From contig JACOYB010000008.1 in NCBI GenBank assembly GCA_016182085.1, positions 10,507-74,506 of the forward strand: 64,000 nt of DNA. Direction: 5' to 3'. A model generated the notes under the pieces. It made no database searches, was not told the origin of the DNA, and saw only the letters and a list, made by a program, of their open reading frames with translations. The position numbers were made by a program, and so were the translations under genes. Positions 50,264-58,240 of this stretch are shown here, one piece after another. Positions within the stretch are counted from its first letter, which is position 1; each line of letters begins with the position of its first letter. Source of the stretch: Candidatus Magasanikiibacteriota bacterium (GTDB taxonomy: Bacteria > Patescibacteriota > Patescibacteriia > Magasanikbacterales > GWA2-37-8).

Positions 50264-50518
50264 CTACCTCGCCAGGTTTCTCTCATGCTCCTCCTTGGTC
50301 ATGCACCCGCATTCGCCTCGCTTACACTCCTCCTTGTAGGCAGAACGCAACCGATTGGCGAGATCCTGGAGACACGTTGGACACTCCTGGACGGGAATGC
50401 CCAAGGCGTCGAGGAAACCGTCCTTCTCGCGCTGAATGCACTGCTTCTCCAGATCGCTTCCGGGTTGTGCCGTGTGCACATGACCGGACGGACATTGAAC
50501 ATTGTATTTGGTCTCCAT
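50264..50518 (-). CDS. Small Cys/His-rich orphan protein
   Basis: TTGACT-17-TAGACT promoter, AAGGGG SD, CxxxH, CxxC, CGC; hairpin followed by T-run downstream. Confidence 0.65.
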   Translation of the reverse strand: METKYNVQCPSGHVHTAQPGSDLEKQCIQREKDGFLDALGIPVQECPTCLQDLANRLRSAYKEECKRGECGCMTKEEHERNLAR

Positions 50519-50649
50519 GGATTCCCCTTTGAAACGAGTCTAGCATAAAATATCTCTAAAGTCAATGTATCCCGTATCTAAACATGATTACCCGTTGCCT
50601 TGACATTTTACTATTTTTCCATTAAAATTAGCGGGTAATAAACTCATTT

Positions 50650-50793
50650 TTGTCATTCCCGCCACAAGCGGGAATCCAAACAATTAATTGTACACTGAAT
50701 TCCCAATCAAGCCTGCCTGTAGGCAGACAGGTTGGGATGACAGACAGAGATCCCTCGTCATCCCGAGTACTCGGGACTCGCTCGGGATGACAA
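50650..50793. repeat. Cluster of REP-like palindromes upstream of tig
   Basis: TGTCATTCCCGCCACAAGCGGGAATCC, CCTGCCTGTAGGCAGACAGG, GGGATGACA twice. Confidence 0.8.
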
Positions 50794-50833
50794 ATCCGCG
50801 TAATCCACACTTTAAATCTGTGTAATCAATAAT

Positions 50834-52120
50834 ATGAAATACGAACTCAAAACCATAGAAAAATCCCAAGTGGAACTAACCATTACCGTGGAACCAAATG
50901 ATTATAAAAAGAATCTTGAAGACGCGGCTGTGCGCATTTCTGAGCGGGCCGCTATTGCCGGTTTCCGCCCGGGCAAAGCCCCTTATGACAAAGTAAAACA
51001 ACAGGTCGGTGAAATCCGCATTATTGAAGAAGCTATGCAGAGCATTGTGGAAAAGAATTTTTTCCACGCTGCCAAAGAAGCCAAAATTGATACGGTGGGT
51101 ATGCCGCAAATTACCATCACCAAAATCGCTCCGGGCAATGACTTGGTTTTCACTGCCACTGTGGCCTTACTCCCTAAAATTACCTTGGGTGATTTGGCAA
51201 CTGTAAAAGTAAAACATCAAGCCAAGGAAATTACTGATGCTGAAGTTGATACGGTTTTAAACGATTTGAAAAAAATGCAGACCAAAGAAATTCTTAAATC
51301 CGGCCCGGCTGCCAAAGAAGACAAACTGATAGTAAACCTGGAAATGTTTTTGGACAAAGTTCCGGTTGAAGGCGGACAAGCTCCAAACCACCAAGTATAC
51401 TTAAACGAACCCCACTATATTCCCGGCCTCGCCGAACAACTGATCGGCCTGCAAAAAGATGATACCAAAGAATTTTCTTTGAAATTTCCCAAAGATCATT
51501 ACCAAAAACATTTAGCTGGCAAAGACACGGATTTTAAAGTAAGAGTAAACGATGTGTTTGAATTGCAATACCCGGAACTTAATGACGAGTTTGCCAAATC
51601 TTTGGGTCAAAAAAACATGGAAAAACTAAAAAATATCATTAAAGAAAACTTGGTTCAGGAAGCTAAACAAAAAGACGACCAAAAAATTGAAATAGAAATT
51701 TTGGATCAAATGATTGAAGCGAGCGCTATTTCCGAAATTCCAGATGTGCTTATTAACACCGAAAAGAATAAAATCTTCCAGGAACTTAAACGCAGTTTGG
51801 AAACCCAGGGCATTGAAATGGAAAAATACCTAAATGACTTAAAGAAAACCGAAGAGGATATTTATAAGGACTTCACCGAGCAAGCTACTCGTCGTGTTAA
51901 AGCCGCGCTGGTTTCTCGCCAAGTAGCTTTGGATAATAATATCAAAGCTGAAAAAACGGATATTGATGAAGAGGTAAAACAAATTAAAGCCGCTTATCCG
52001 GATAATAAAAATGTGGAAGAGAACCTAAAAAAACCGGAAGTAATTGACACCTTGGCTCTCACTATACAGAATAGAAAAGTAATGGCTTGGCTAAAGGAAA
52101 AAATTGCGGGGGAAAAATAA
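50834..52120 (+). CDS. tig: Trigger factor
   Basis: GFRPGKAP; YIPGLAEQLIG; FPKDHY. Confidence 0.97.
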   Translation: MKYELKTIEKSQVELTITVEPNDYKKNLEDAAVRISERAAIAGFRPGKAPYDKVKQQVGEIRIIEEAMQSIVEKNFFHAAKEAKIDTVGMPQITITKIAPGNDLVFTATVALLPKITLGDLATVKVKHQAKEITDAEVDTVLNDLKKMQTKEILKSGPAAKEDKLIVNLEMFLDKVPVEGGQAPNHQVYLNEPHYIPGLAEQLIGLQKDDTKEFSLKFPKDHYQKHLAGKDTDFKVRVNDVFELQYPELNDEFAKSLGQKNMEKLKNIIKENLVQEAKQKDDQKIEIEILDQMIEASAISEIPDVLINTEKNKIFQELKRSLETQGIEMEKYLNDLKKTEEDIYKDFTEQATRRVKAALVSRQVALDNNIKAEKTDIDEEVKQIKAAYPDNKNVEENLKKPEVIDTLALTIQNRKVMAWLKEKIAGEK

Positions 52121-52204
52121 AGGCACTATATTTACTTCTATAAAAAAATAATATACCATTACCTGGTATATTATTTTTTAACTGTCATTTTAATACTTTA
52201 ACGT

Positions 52205-53050
52205 ATGTACTTCGGCGCGCACGTCTCTATTGCCGGCGGACTGCCCAATGCCCCTATTAACGCGGCTGCAATCGGCTGTGAGGTTTTTCAGATGTTTTCC
52301 CGCTCTCCCCGTGGCGGCTGGGTAGCTCCGCTAGACAAAAAAATTGCCAAGCAATTTAAAGATAACTGCAAAGCCAATAACCAAAAAGAGTGGTATATTC
52401 ACGCGCCCTACTTTATCAATTTTGCTTCTATAAATCCCAAAATAAAATACGGATCTGTATCTGTCTTAAAGCAAGAATTGGAACGCGGCTCCATGCTCGG
52501 CGCTACCTATGTTATGACCCACCTGGGCAGTTATAAAGATGTGGGAAAAGAGGAAGGATATAAACAGTTGGCCGAGGGATTAGAACAAGTAATGAAAGGA
52601 TACAAAGGCTCAACTCAATTTTTAATTGAAATTTCTGCCGGCGCAGGCACGGTTATTGGCGATACATTTGATGAAGTTGGCAAAGCATTGCACCATAAAA
52701 AAATAGAAAAATATAATATTGGTGTTTGTTACGATACACAGCATGCGTTTGCCAGCGGCTATGATTGCCGCACTCCAGAGGTTTTTAAAAAAACATTAAA
52801 CGAGTTTGATAAATACATTGGGCTGGACAGGCTAAAAATGTTCCACTGCAACGACTCCAAGACTGAGCTGGGTTCTCATAAAGATAGGCATGAACATATC
52901 GGCAAAGGCAATATCGGCTTAGCCGGTTTTAAAACTATTTTATCCGACAAAAGATTACAAAATATAAACTTCATTGCCGAAACCGAACATGATGAAATTG
53001 TGGAGGATTTAAAAATCCTCAAAAAAATAAGACAGAAATCCCTGAACTAA
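52205..53050 (+). CDS. nfo: Endonuclease IV
   Basis: GAHVSIAGG, HAPY.IN, DTQH, HCNDSK, DRHEHIG. Confidence 0.97.
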   Translation: MYFGAHVSIAGGLPNAPINAAAIGCEVFQMFSRSPRGGWVAPLDKKIAKQFKDNCKANNQKEWYIHAPYFINFASINPKIKYGSVSVLKQELERGSMLGATYVMTHLGSYKDVGKEEGYKQLAEGLEQVMKGYKGSTQFLIEISAGAGTVIGDTFDEVGKALHHKKIEKYNIGVCYDTQHAFASGYDCRTPEVFKKTLNEFDKYIGLDRLKMFHCNDSKTELGSHKDRHEHIGKGNIGLAGFKTILSDKRLQNINFIAETEHDEIVEDLKILKKIRQKSLN

Positions 53051-53716
53051 TTATTGCCTCAAATTTCTCGCAGTAGCCTTATATGCTTTATTTAATATTT
53101 GAAATAAATAATTAACACCGGCTACATAATTTCCGCCATCAGCAGCATTCAAAGCGTCCAAATATTTATCCTTGTTTTTATTTATAATAGAATTTATCAT
53201 AACTGGGTATGTCAATTCTGACAGGTGCTCAAAGCGTAAAACCAAGCACATTAATAATCTTGCCATTTTACCATTTCCATCAGTAAATGGATGGATTATA
53301 ACGAACTTATGGTGAATATACCAAGCAATAAATAATTTAATAGTTAATTCCCTATCAATCTTTTTTGTTGGTTTATTTACTACATATTTCAAAAATGCTT
53401 TTTTATACATTGGCGCCCATCTACGCTTATTATTAATAAATTCAATTAAATTTAAAATCTCGGCTTGTATAAGCCACGGCTCACTTGGATTAAAAGTTTT
53501 TCCCTCTATTTTCAATTCGTGCAAAGCTGTTCTGTATTTTCCTGCTTCCTTTATATTGTGCGCTAAAAGAATTTTATGTATGCCTAGAAAAAAACTCCCT
53601 GGTAATTGGAGTTTTTTTCGTTCAATTTTATCAAGCTGCCCTGCGGCTGCTGAAGTAGCACGCCGAAGATCATTTATTTTGCGCCGCATGCTTGGTATCA
53701 TATTTAACATGGGCAA
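53051..53716 (-). CDS. Fic family protein
   Basis: HPFTDGNGKMAR. Confidence 0.88.
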   Translation of the reverse strand: MPMLNMIPSMRRKINDLRRATSAAAGQLDKIERKKLQLPGSFFLGIHKILLAHNIKEAGKYRTALHELKIEGKTFNPSEPWLIQAEILNLIEFINNKRRWAPMYKKAFLKYVVNKPTKKIDRELTIKLFIAWYIHHKFVIIHPFTDGNGKMARLLMCLVLRFEHLSELTYPVMINSIINKNKDKYLDALNAADGGNYVAGVNYLFQILNKAYKATARNLRQ

Positions 53717-53895
53717 AATTTATGTTTTTCTTCTATTTCTACTGAGCTTTGACTTTCTGCGTCAATCAACCTATTAGTTATTTCCTTTCTATCATTCTCG
53801 TTTAATTTTTTGAATTCGCCAAAAGAATCCCTATATATTCTTATAGCACCATGCAAGCCCTTTAGTTGTTTTGTATCAATTTTTAATTTTTTCAT
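53704..53895 (-). CDS. Small ORF with Fic inhibitory-helix-like motif (antitoxin or frameshifted N-terminus)
   Basis: ESQSSVEIEE; overlaps the Fic start. Confidence 0.6.
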   Translation of the reverse strand: MKKLKIDTKQLKGLHGAIRIYRDSFGEFKKLNENDRKEITNRLIDAESQSSVEIEEKHKFCPC

Positions 53896-53953
53896 ACTAT
53901 ATCACCTTACAGTTATTATATTACTATAAAAAATCTAATTTTGCAACCTACTT

Positions 53954-54226
53954 TTACGGAAGATCCTCTCCACCCTTACCCCATGGATTACAACGCAAAA
54001 TCCTCCAAGCTGCCTTAAAACCGCCTACCACTAGGCCGTTTTTTTTTATTGTTTGGTAGCCATACTCGCTGCAAGTGGGATAAAACCGGCAATACCCATA
54101 AGGAAACGCCCGTTTAAATAGGCCGTGGTCAGGAGAAATAGTTTTTTGATAAAGTTTTATTAATAATAAAATAGGCATTCTTGGCAGAAATAAGAGAAAA
54201 TTTATTATTCTTTTAATCATAATCAT
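53954..54226 (-). CDS. yidD: Membrane protein insertion efficiency factor
   Basis: [25 protein letters not shown]; start uncertain (54220, 54226 or 54235). Confidence 0.95.
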   Translation of the reverse strand: MIMIKRIINFLLFLPRMPILLLIKLYQKTISPDHGLFKRAFPYGYCRFYPTCSEYGYQTIKKNGLVVGGFKAAWRILRCNPWGKGGEDLP

Positions 54227-54228
54227 CT

Positions 54229-54297
54229 TTGTCATTCCCGCCAAAGCGGGAATCTAGTCGACAATTGTCTGGATTCCCGCTTTGGCGGGAATGACAA
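54229..54297. repeat. 69-bp REP-like doublet between rnpA and yidD
   Basis: Two inverted GTCATTCCCGCCAAAGCGGGAATC units. Confidence 0.92.
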
Positions 54298-54302
54298 TAA
54301 AA

Positions 54303-54698
54303 CTAAACTTTTAAAACCTTCGCTTTAGATAATAATACTTTTATTTCTTGGCTAATCTCTGGGTAATTTTTATTCAAAATATCTTTTTTTGCTACCACAA
54401 GTATATAGTAGCCATTTTTTATGGCCCCATCCTTAATTAACAGCCGAACAGCCTCACGGATCTGTCTGCGAACTCGGTTGCGCTTCACGGCGCTTTTATG
54501 CACTTTTAATCCCGTAGAAATTGCTAGCTTTAGCTGATTTTTAAAACTTTCCGGATCCTCTTTTTTTGGAAAAAAGTTTTGATTTTTGGCTAATTCTAGG
54601 GCCTTTATATCCAAAAACTGGCCATTTACCCAGCGACCATGCTTTAAAATTAAATTAAAATCCCTAACTTTTCTTAAACGATTGTCTTGTTGCAGCAT
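54303..54698 (-). CDS. rnpA: Ribonuclease P protein component
   Basis: RL.K..DF, KVHKSAVKRNRVRR. Confidence 0.95.
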   Translation of the reverse strand: MLQQDNRLRKVRDFNLILKHGRWVNGQFLDIKALELAKNQNFFPKKEDPESFKNQLKLAISTGLKVHKSAVKRNRVRRQIREAVRLLIKDGAIKNGYYILVVAKKDILNKNYPEISQEIKVLLSKAKVLKV

Positions 54699-54716
54699 AA
54701 TAAAAATATTATATCA

Positions 54717-54835
54717 GGATACCACCTTTTTGTCTTGGCAACACACCGCGGGCCAATTCGCATCGGCCGAGGTCTGAAGCGGCCAATCGCCACAGCGATT
54801 GGAACGCTGTTTGCCGAGATAAATAGGTGGTATCT
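54717..54835. ncRNA. Three-way-junction element, copy 2
   Basis: Core nearly identical to 35943-36057. Confidence 0.65.
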
Positions 54836-54836
54836 A

Positions 54837-54881
54837 AATTAAACATAAAACCCGCGTTTCTAGCGGGTTTTATGTTTAATT
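54837..54881 (-). terminator. Terminator-like hairpin after rpmH
   Basis: AATTAAACATAAAACCCGC-GTTTCTA-GCGGGTTTTATGTTTAATT. Confidence 0.75.
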
Positions 54882-55059
54882 ACCAGGTTTTTCTTGTTCT
54901 CTTGCCCTTGCGTTCGTCTGAAACCGTGAGCTTCTTTCTACCCTTAGCGCGTCTGCGGCTTAGTACCGCACGTCCACCCTTGGTTGCCATTCTGGATCGA
55001 AAACCATGGGATTTTGCTCTCTTTCTTTTTTTAGGTTGATAAGTTCTTTTTGTTGCCAT
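54880..55059 (-). CDS. rpmH: 50S ribosomal protein L34 (59 aa, missing from the ORF track)
   Basis: Manual translation [59 protein letters not shown]. Confidence 0.97.
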   Translation of the reverse strand: MATKRTYQPKKRKRAKSHGFRSRMATKGGRAVLSRRRAKGRKKLTVSDERKGKRTRKTW

Positions 55060-55164
55060 AAACTAGCATTAAAAGTTTAAATTAAGTACCCTCATTATAG
55101 GGTTTATTTTAACAATTGTCAAGTTATACCCTGACACCAAATGGTTTAGTATGGGTTATACAGT

Positions 55165-55184
55165 TTGTCCACAACTTGTCCCCA
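55165..55184 (+). promoter_or_regulatory. DnaA-box-like sites upstream of dnaA
   Basis: TTGTCCACA, TTGTCCCCA. Confidence 0.6.
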
Positions 55185-55276
55185 GTCTTTCCCCCACCCA
55201 TTTTTAGCTAACTATTGGTCAGTTTATCTTCTTGTGATAAGATTAAAAACACTTATCATAATAAGCTCTTTATCGT

Positions 55277-56671
55277 ATGTCTAACCACGAAATATGGCAG
55301 GCCGTCCTAGCTGAACTTGAGCTTTCCATTTCCAAACCAAACTTTGTTACCTGGTTTAAAAATACAGATATCTTGTCCTATCAGGATAATTATGTTGTTT
55401 TGTGCGTCCCAAATGACTTTTACCGCGCTTGGATAGAAAAAAACTACCACCAAACCATCGTAAAATCTTTAGAGAGGGTTACCGAAAAGCCTGTAAAAAA
55501 ACTGGAATATAAAATTTTCAACATTAAAAACATTGTTCCTCAAACTCATGAGGTAAAAACTGAAAACCCCGTTCCCGAAACAAATTTAAGCACACCCGAC
55601 TTTTCTTCAAGCGAGGGTAAAATACCGCCTCGTGTCGGTGAGTTTGGCTTAAACCCAAAGTATAATTTTGAAACCTTTGTGGTTGGTGGCGGTTCAGAGC
55701 TGGCTTTTGCCGCAGCCCAGGCTGTGGTAAATAAACCCGGTGAAGCCTATAACCCACTATTTATTTATGGCGGCGTAGGGCTTGGCAAAACCCACTTGGT
55801 CCAGGCTATTGGCAACCACTTGTTAAAGGCCAGACCCAACATTAGCATCATGTATGCCAGCGCCGAGAAATTTTCCAATGATTATATTGCCTCGGTTAGA
55901 GATGGTAATGCCAAAAACTTTCAAAATCGCTATCGCAATATTGATGTGCTTTTAATTGATGATATCCAATTTATCTCGGGCAAAGACAAAACCCAAGAAT
56001 CTTTTTTCCACACCTTCAACGAACTCCACCAGCAAAACAAGCAAGTAGTAATGACCTCTGACCGCCCGCCAAAAGCTATCCCGGCCCTGGAAGACCGCTT
56101 AAAATCCCGTTTTGAATGGGGTATGATTGTGGATGTGGCTCCACCAGACCTGGAAACCAGAATCGCGATTTTGCAAAAAAAATGTGTAGAGAAGAATTTT
56201 CCGCTTAACCAAGAAATTTTACAGCTGGTTGCTACCACTATTTTCCGCAATATCCGCGAACTAGAGGGGGCTTTAAACAAAATTATCGCCCTACATCAGC
56301 TCAAAAACATGGAACCAACTGTGGAATCGGTAAAATCTCTCCTAGCTAACTCCGAGGTCAGGACTACCTACAAATCCATCACCCCCCAACAAATTATTGA
56401 AGCTGCCAGCGAATTCTTTACCATCAACATTGCTGACTTACTTGGCCAAAGCCGAGAAAAAAAATTCTCCTATCCACGCCAAATTATCATGCATCTCATG
56501 CGTAAAGAGCTGAACATGTCGTATCCGGCAATTGGCAACGAACTCGGTGGCCGCGACCACACCACCGCCATGCATGCCGACAACAAAATTAGCAATGATA
56601 TTGAACGAGACAACAAATTAAAACAAGAGATTGAACTGATTAAACAAAAATTGTATATCAATATTACCTAG
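55277..56671 (+). CDS. dnaA: Chromosomal replication initiator
   Basis: YNPLFIYGGVGLGKTHL, LLIDDIQF, NIRELEGAL, GGRDHTT. Confidence 0.99.
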   Translation: MSNHEIWQAVLAELELSISKPNFVTWFKNTDILSYQDNYVVLCVPNDFYRAWIEKNYHQTIVKSLERVTEKPVKKLEYKIFNIKNIVPQTHEVKTENPVPETNLSTPDFSSSEGKIPPRVGEFGLNPKYNFETFVVGGGSELAFAAAQAVVNKPGEAYNPLFIYGGVGLGKTHLVQAIGNHLLKARPNISIMYASAEKFSNDYIASVRDGNAKNFQNRYRNIDVLLIDDIQFISGKDKTQESFFHTFNELHQQNKQVVMTSDRPPKAIPALEDRLKSRFEWGMIVDVAPPDLETRIAILQKKCVEKNFPLNQEILQLVATTIFRNIRELEGALNKIIALHQLKNMEPTVESVKSLLANSEVRTTYKSITPQQIIEAASEFFTINIADLLGQSREKKFSYPRQIIMHLMRKELNMSYPAIGNELGGRDHTTAMHADNKISNDIERDNKLKQEIELIKQKLYINIT

Positions 56672-56985
56672 CAAATATAAAAATACCTGAGCATAAGTTG
56701 TGGATAAGGGAGGTAAAAACAACACTTCTTACACACTCTTTATTAACACTACCAAACACTTATAAACAGATAAAATAAATTCCGAAAAATCCGCCCACAC
56801 TTTATTAGTCCAGTCCGCACAATTTACCAACAGCTATAATTAAGAAAGGTTTGCTAGATATAACGCTTTTTCCGACTTATCCACCCTTATCCACCGCATT
56901 ATAGTAACGATTGTAATTTATTTATAAATAAATCGATATACAATAATAGACAATAAAAATTTACCCACGGTTTTTAATAAAATTT
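56672..56985. other. Probable oriC
   Basis: TGTGGATAA at 56699, tandem TTATCCACC at 56877 and 56887, then an AT-rich tract; between dnaA and dnaN. Confidence 0.8.
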
Positions 56986-57069
56986 TATAGGGGCTAAAGC
57001 CGCATATATACTCGTTCGCTCATATAAAGTTAAAAACATTTAACTTTATATTCACTCATTTCGCATATG
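56986..57069 (+). promoter_or_regulatory. Structured leader element ending at dnaN ATG (second copy before ssb)
   Basis: GGGCTAAAGCCGCATATATACTCGTTCGCTC-[hairpin]-TCACTCATTTCGCATATG. Confidence 0.75.
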
Positions 57070-58194
57070 AAATTCTTTTGCACAAAGGAGAACTTGTCAA
57101 AAGCTTTGGCGCTGGTAATTGGGGTGGCCGGTAAAAATATTAACCTGCCAATACTTGGCAATGTCCTTATCAAGGCGACTGAACAAAAAGTAGAATTTAT
57201 GGCCACTAATTTAGAGTTGGCTATAACTTCCAATCTACGAGCCAAGGTAGAAGTTCCGGGTGTGTTTACGGTACCGGCCAGAACCCTCAATGACTTTGTG
57301 AATTTATTATCTGAAGAAAAAGTTGAGTTAACCCTAAAAGATAACGAGTTAGAGGTGGTGTGTGGGAGGTCTTCAACCAAGATAAAAGGCGCGCCAGCCG
57401 ATGAGTTCCCGGTTGTGCCGGTGGTAGGCGAAGGAAAGGGTTATTTAATAGAGGTAGAGGCCCTTAAGAGCGGTTTAGGACAGGTTTTTCAGGCGGCGTC
57501 AAAGAATGAAATTAGGCCAGAGCTCGCCGGTGTTTTGTTTAATTTCAATGATCAACCAGGGGTGCTTACTTTGGCCGCAACTGACAGTTATAGGTTGGCA
57601 GAAAAGAAGGTAAAAGTGCTGCAAGGAGAAGATAAGGCACGGATAATTATTCCAGCTCGCACGGCGCAGGAAATGAACCACATTTTAATAATTTCCCTAT
57701 CCAAAGGAGCAGAAAGCGAAAAAAACATCCGACTGCTGGTAACCGAAAATCAAATAGTTTTGCGCTGCAATGATGTGGAACTCGTGTCTCGCCTGGTAGA
57801 CGGCCAATATCCGGATTATACCCAGATTATTCCAACCAGCTTTAAAACCGAGGCGGACTTCTCTACAAACCAGATAACCAAGGAAATAAAGGCTGCTAGT
57901 TTGTTCACCACAACTGGTGTAAATGCTGTAAGTTTTGAGTTTGACCCCACAGCCGGGGTTATTCATTTGTCTTCGGTTTCCACCCAGACCGGTGAGTACA
58001 AATCCGAAGTTTCGGCAGATGTTAAGGGTGAAAAGAATAATACGCTTTTGAACCACCGGTATATTTTAGACGGTCTTTCAAATATCAACACCGAGAACGC
58101 GGTGTTAAAGGTAATAAATGCGGACAGCCCGTGCGTGCTTGCGCCAAAGGGCGATCAAAGCTTTGTTTATATTGTGATGCCTATAAGACAATAA
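57067..58194 (+). CDS. dnaN: DNA polymerase III beta clamp
   Basis: PILGNVLI, ATNLE, ATDSYRL, SRLVDGQYPDY, VMPIR. Confidence 0.98.
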   Translation: MKFFCTKENLSKALALVIGVAGKNINLPILGNVLIKATEQKVEFMATNLELAITSNLRAKVEVPGVFTVPARTLNDFVNLLSEEKVELTLKDNELEVVCGRSSTKIKGAPADEFPVVPVVGEGKGYLIEVEALKSGLGQVFQAASKNEIRPELAGVLFNFNDQPGVLTLAATDSYRLAEKKVKVLQGEDKARIIIPARTAQEMNHILIISLSKGAESEKNIRLLVTENQIVLRCNDVELVSRLVDGQYPDYTQIIPTSFKTEADFSTNQITKEIKAASLFTTTGVNAVSFEFDPTAGVIHLSSVSTQTGEYKSEVSADVKGEKNNTLLNHRYILDGLSNINTENAVLKVINADSPCVLAPKGDQSFVYIVMPIRQ

Positions 58195-58201
58195 AAATTC
58201 A

Positions 58202-58240
58202 AATAAAAAATATCCGACGTAACGTCGAATATTTTTTATT
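58202..58240. terminator. Bidirectional terminator
   Basis: AATAAAAAATATCCGACG-TAA-CGTCGAATATTTTTTATT between convergent genes. Confidence 0.7.

Noticed and set aside
54717-54835. c-di-GMP-I riboswitch (GGCAAAC..GTTGCC on -) or hammerhead ribozyme (CTGAAG on +)
   Set aside because: No GCAAAG junction or tetraloop-receptor layout, and no CUGANGA plus GAAA core.
54827-55039. 70-aa + strand ORF
   Set aside because: It is antisense to rpmH, which is the real gene.
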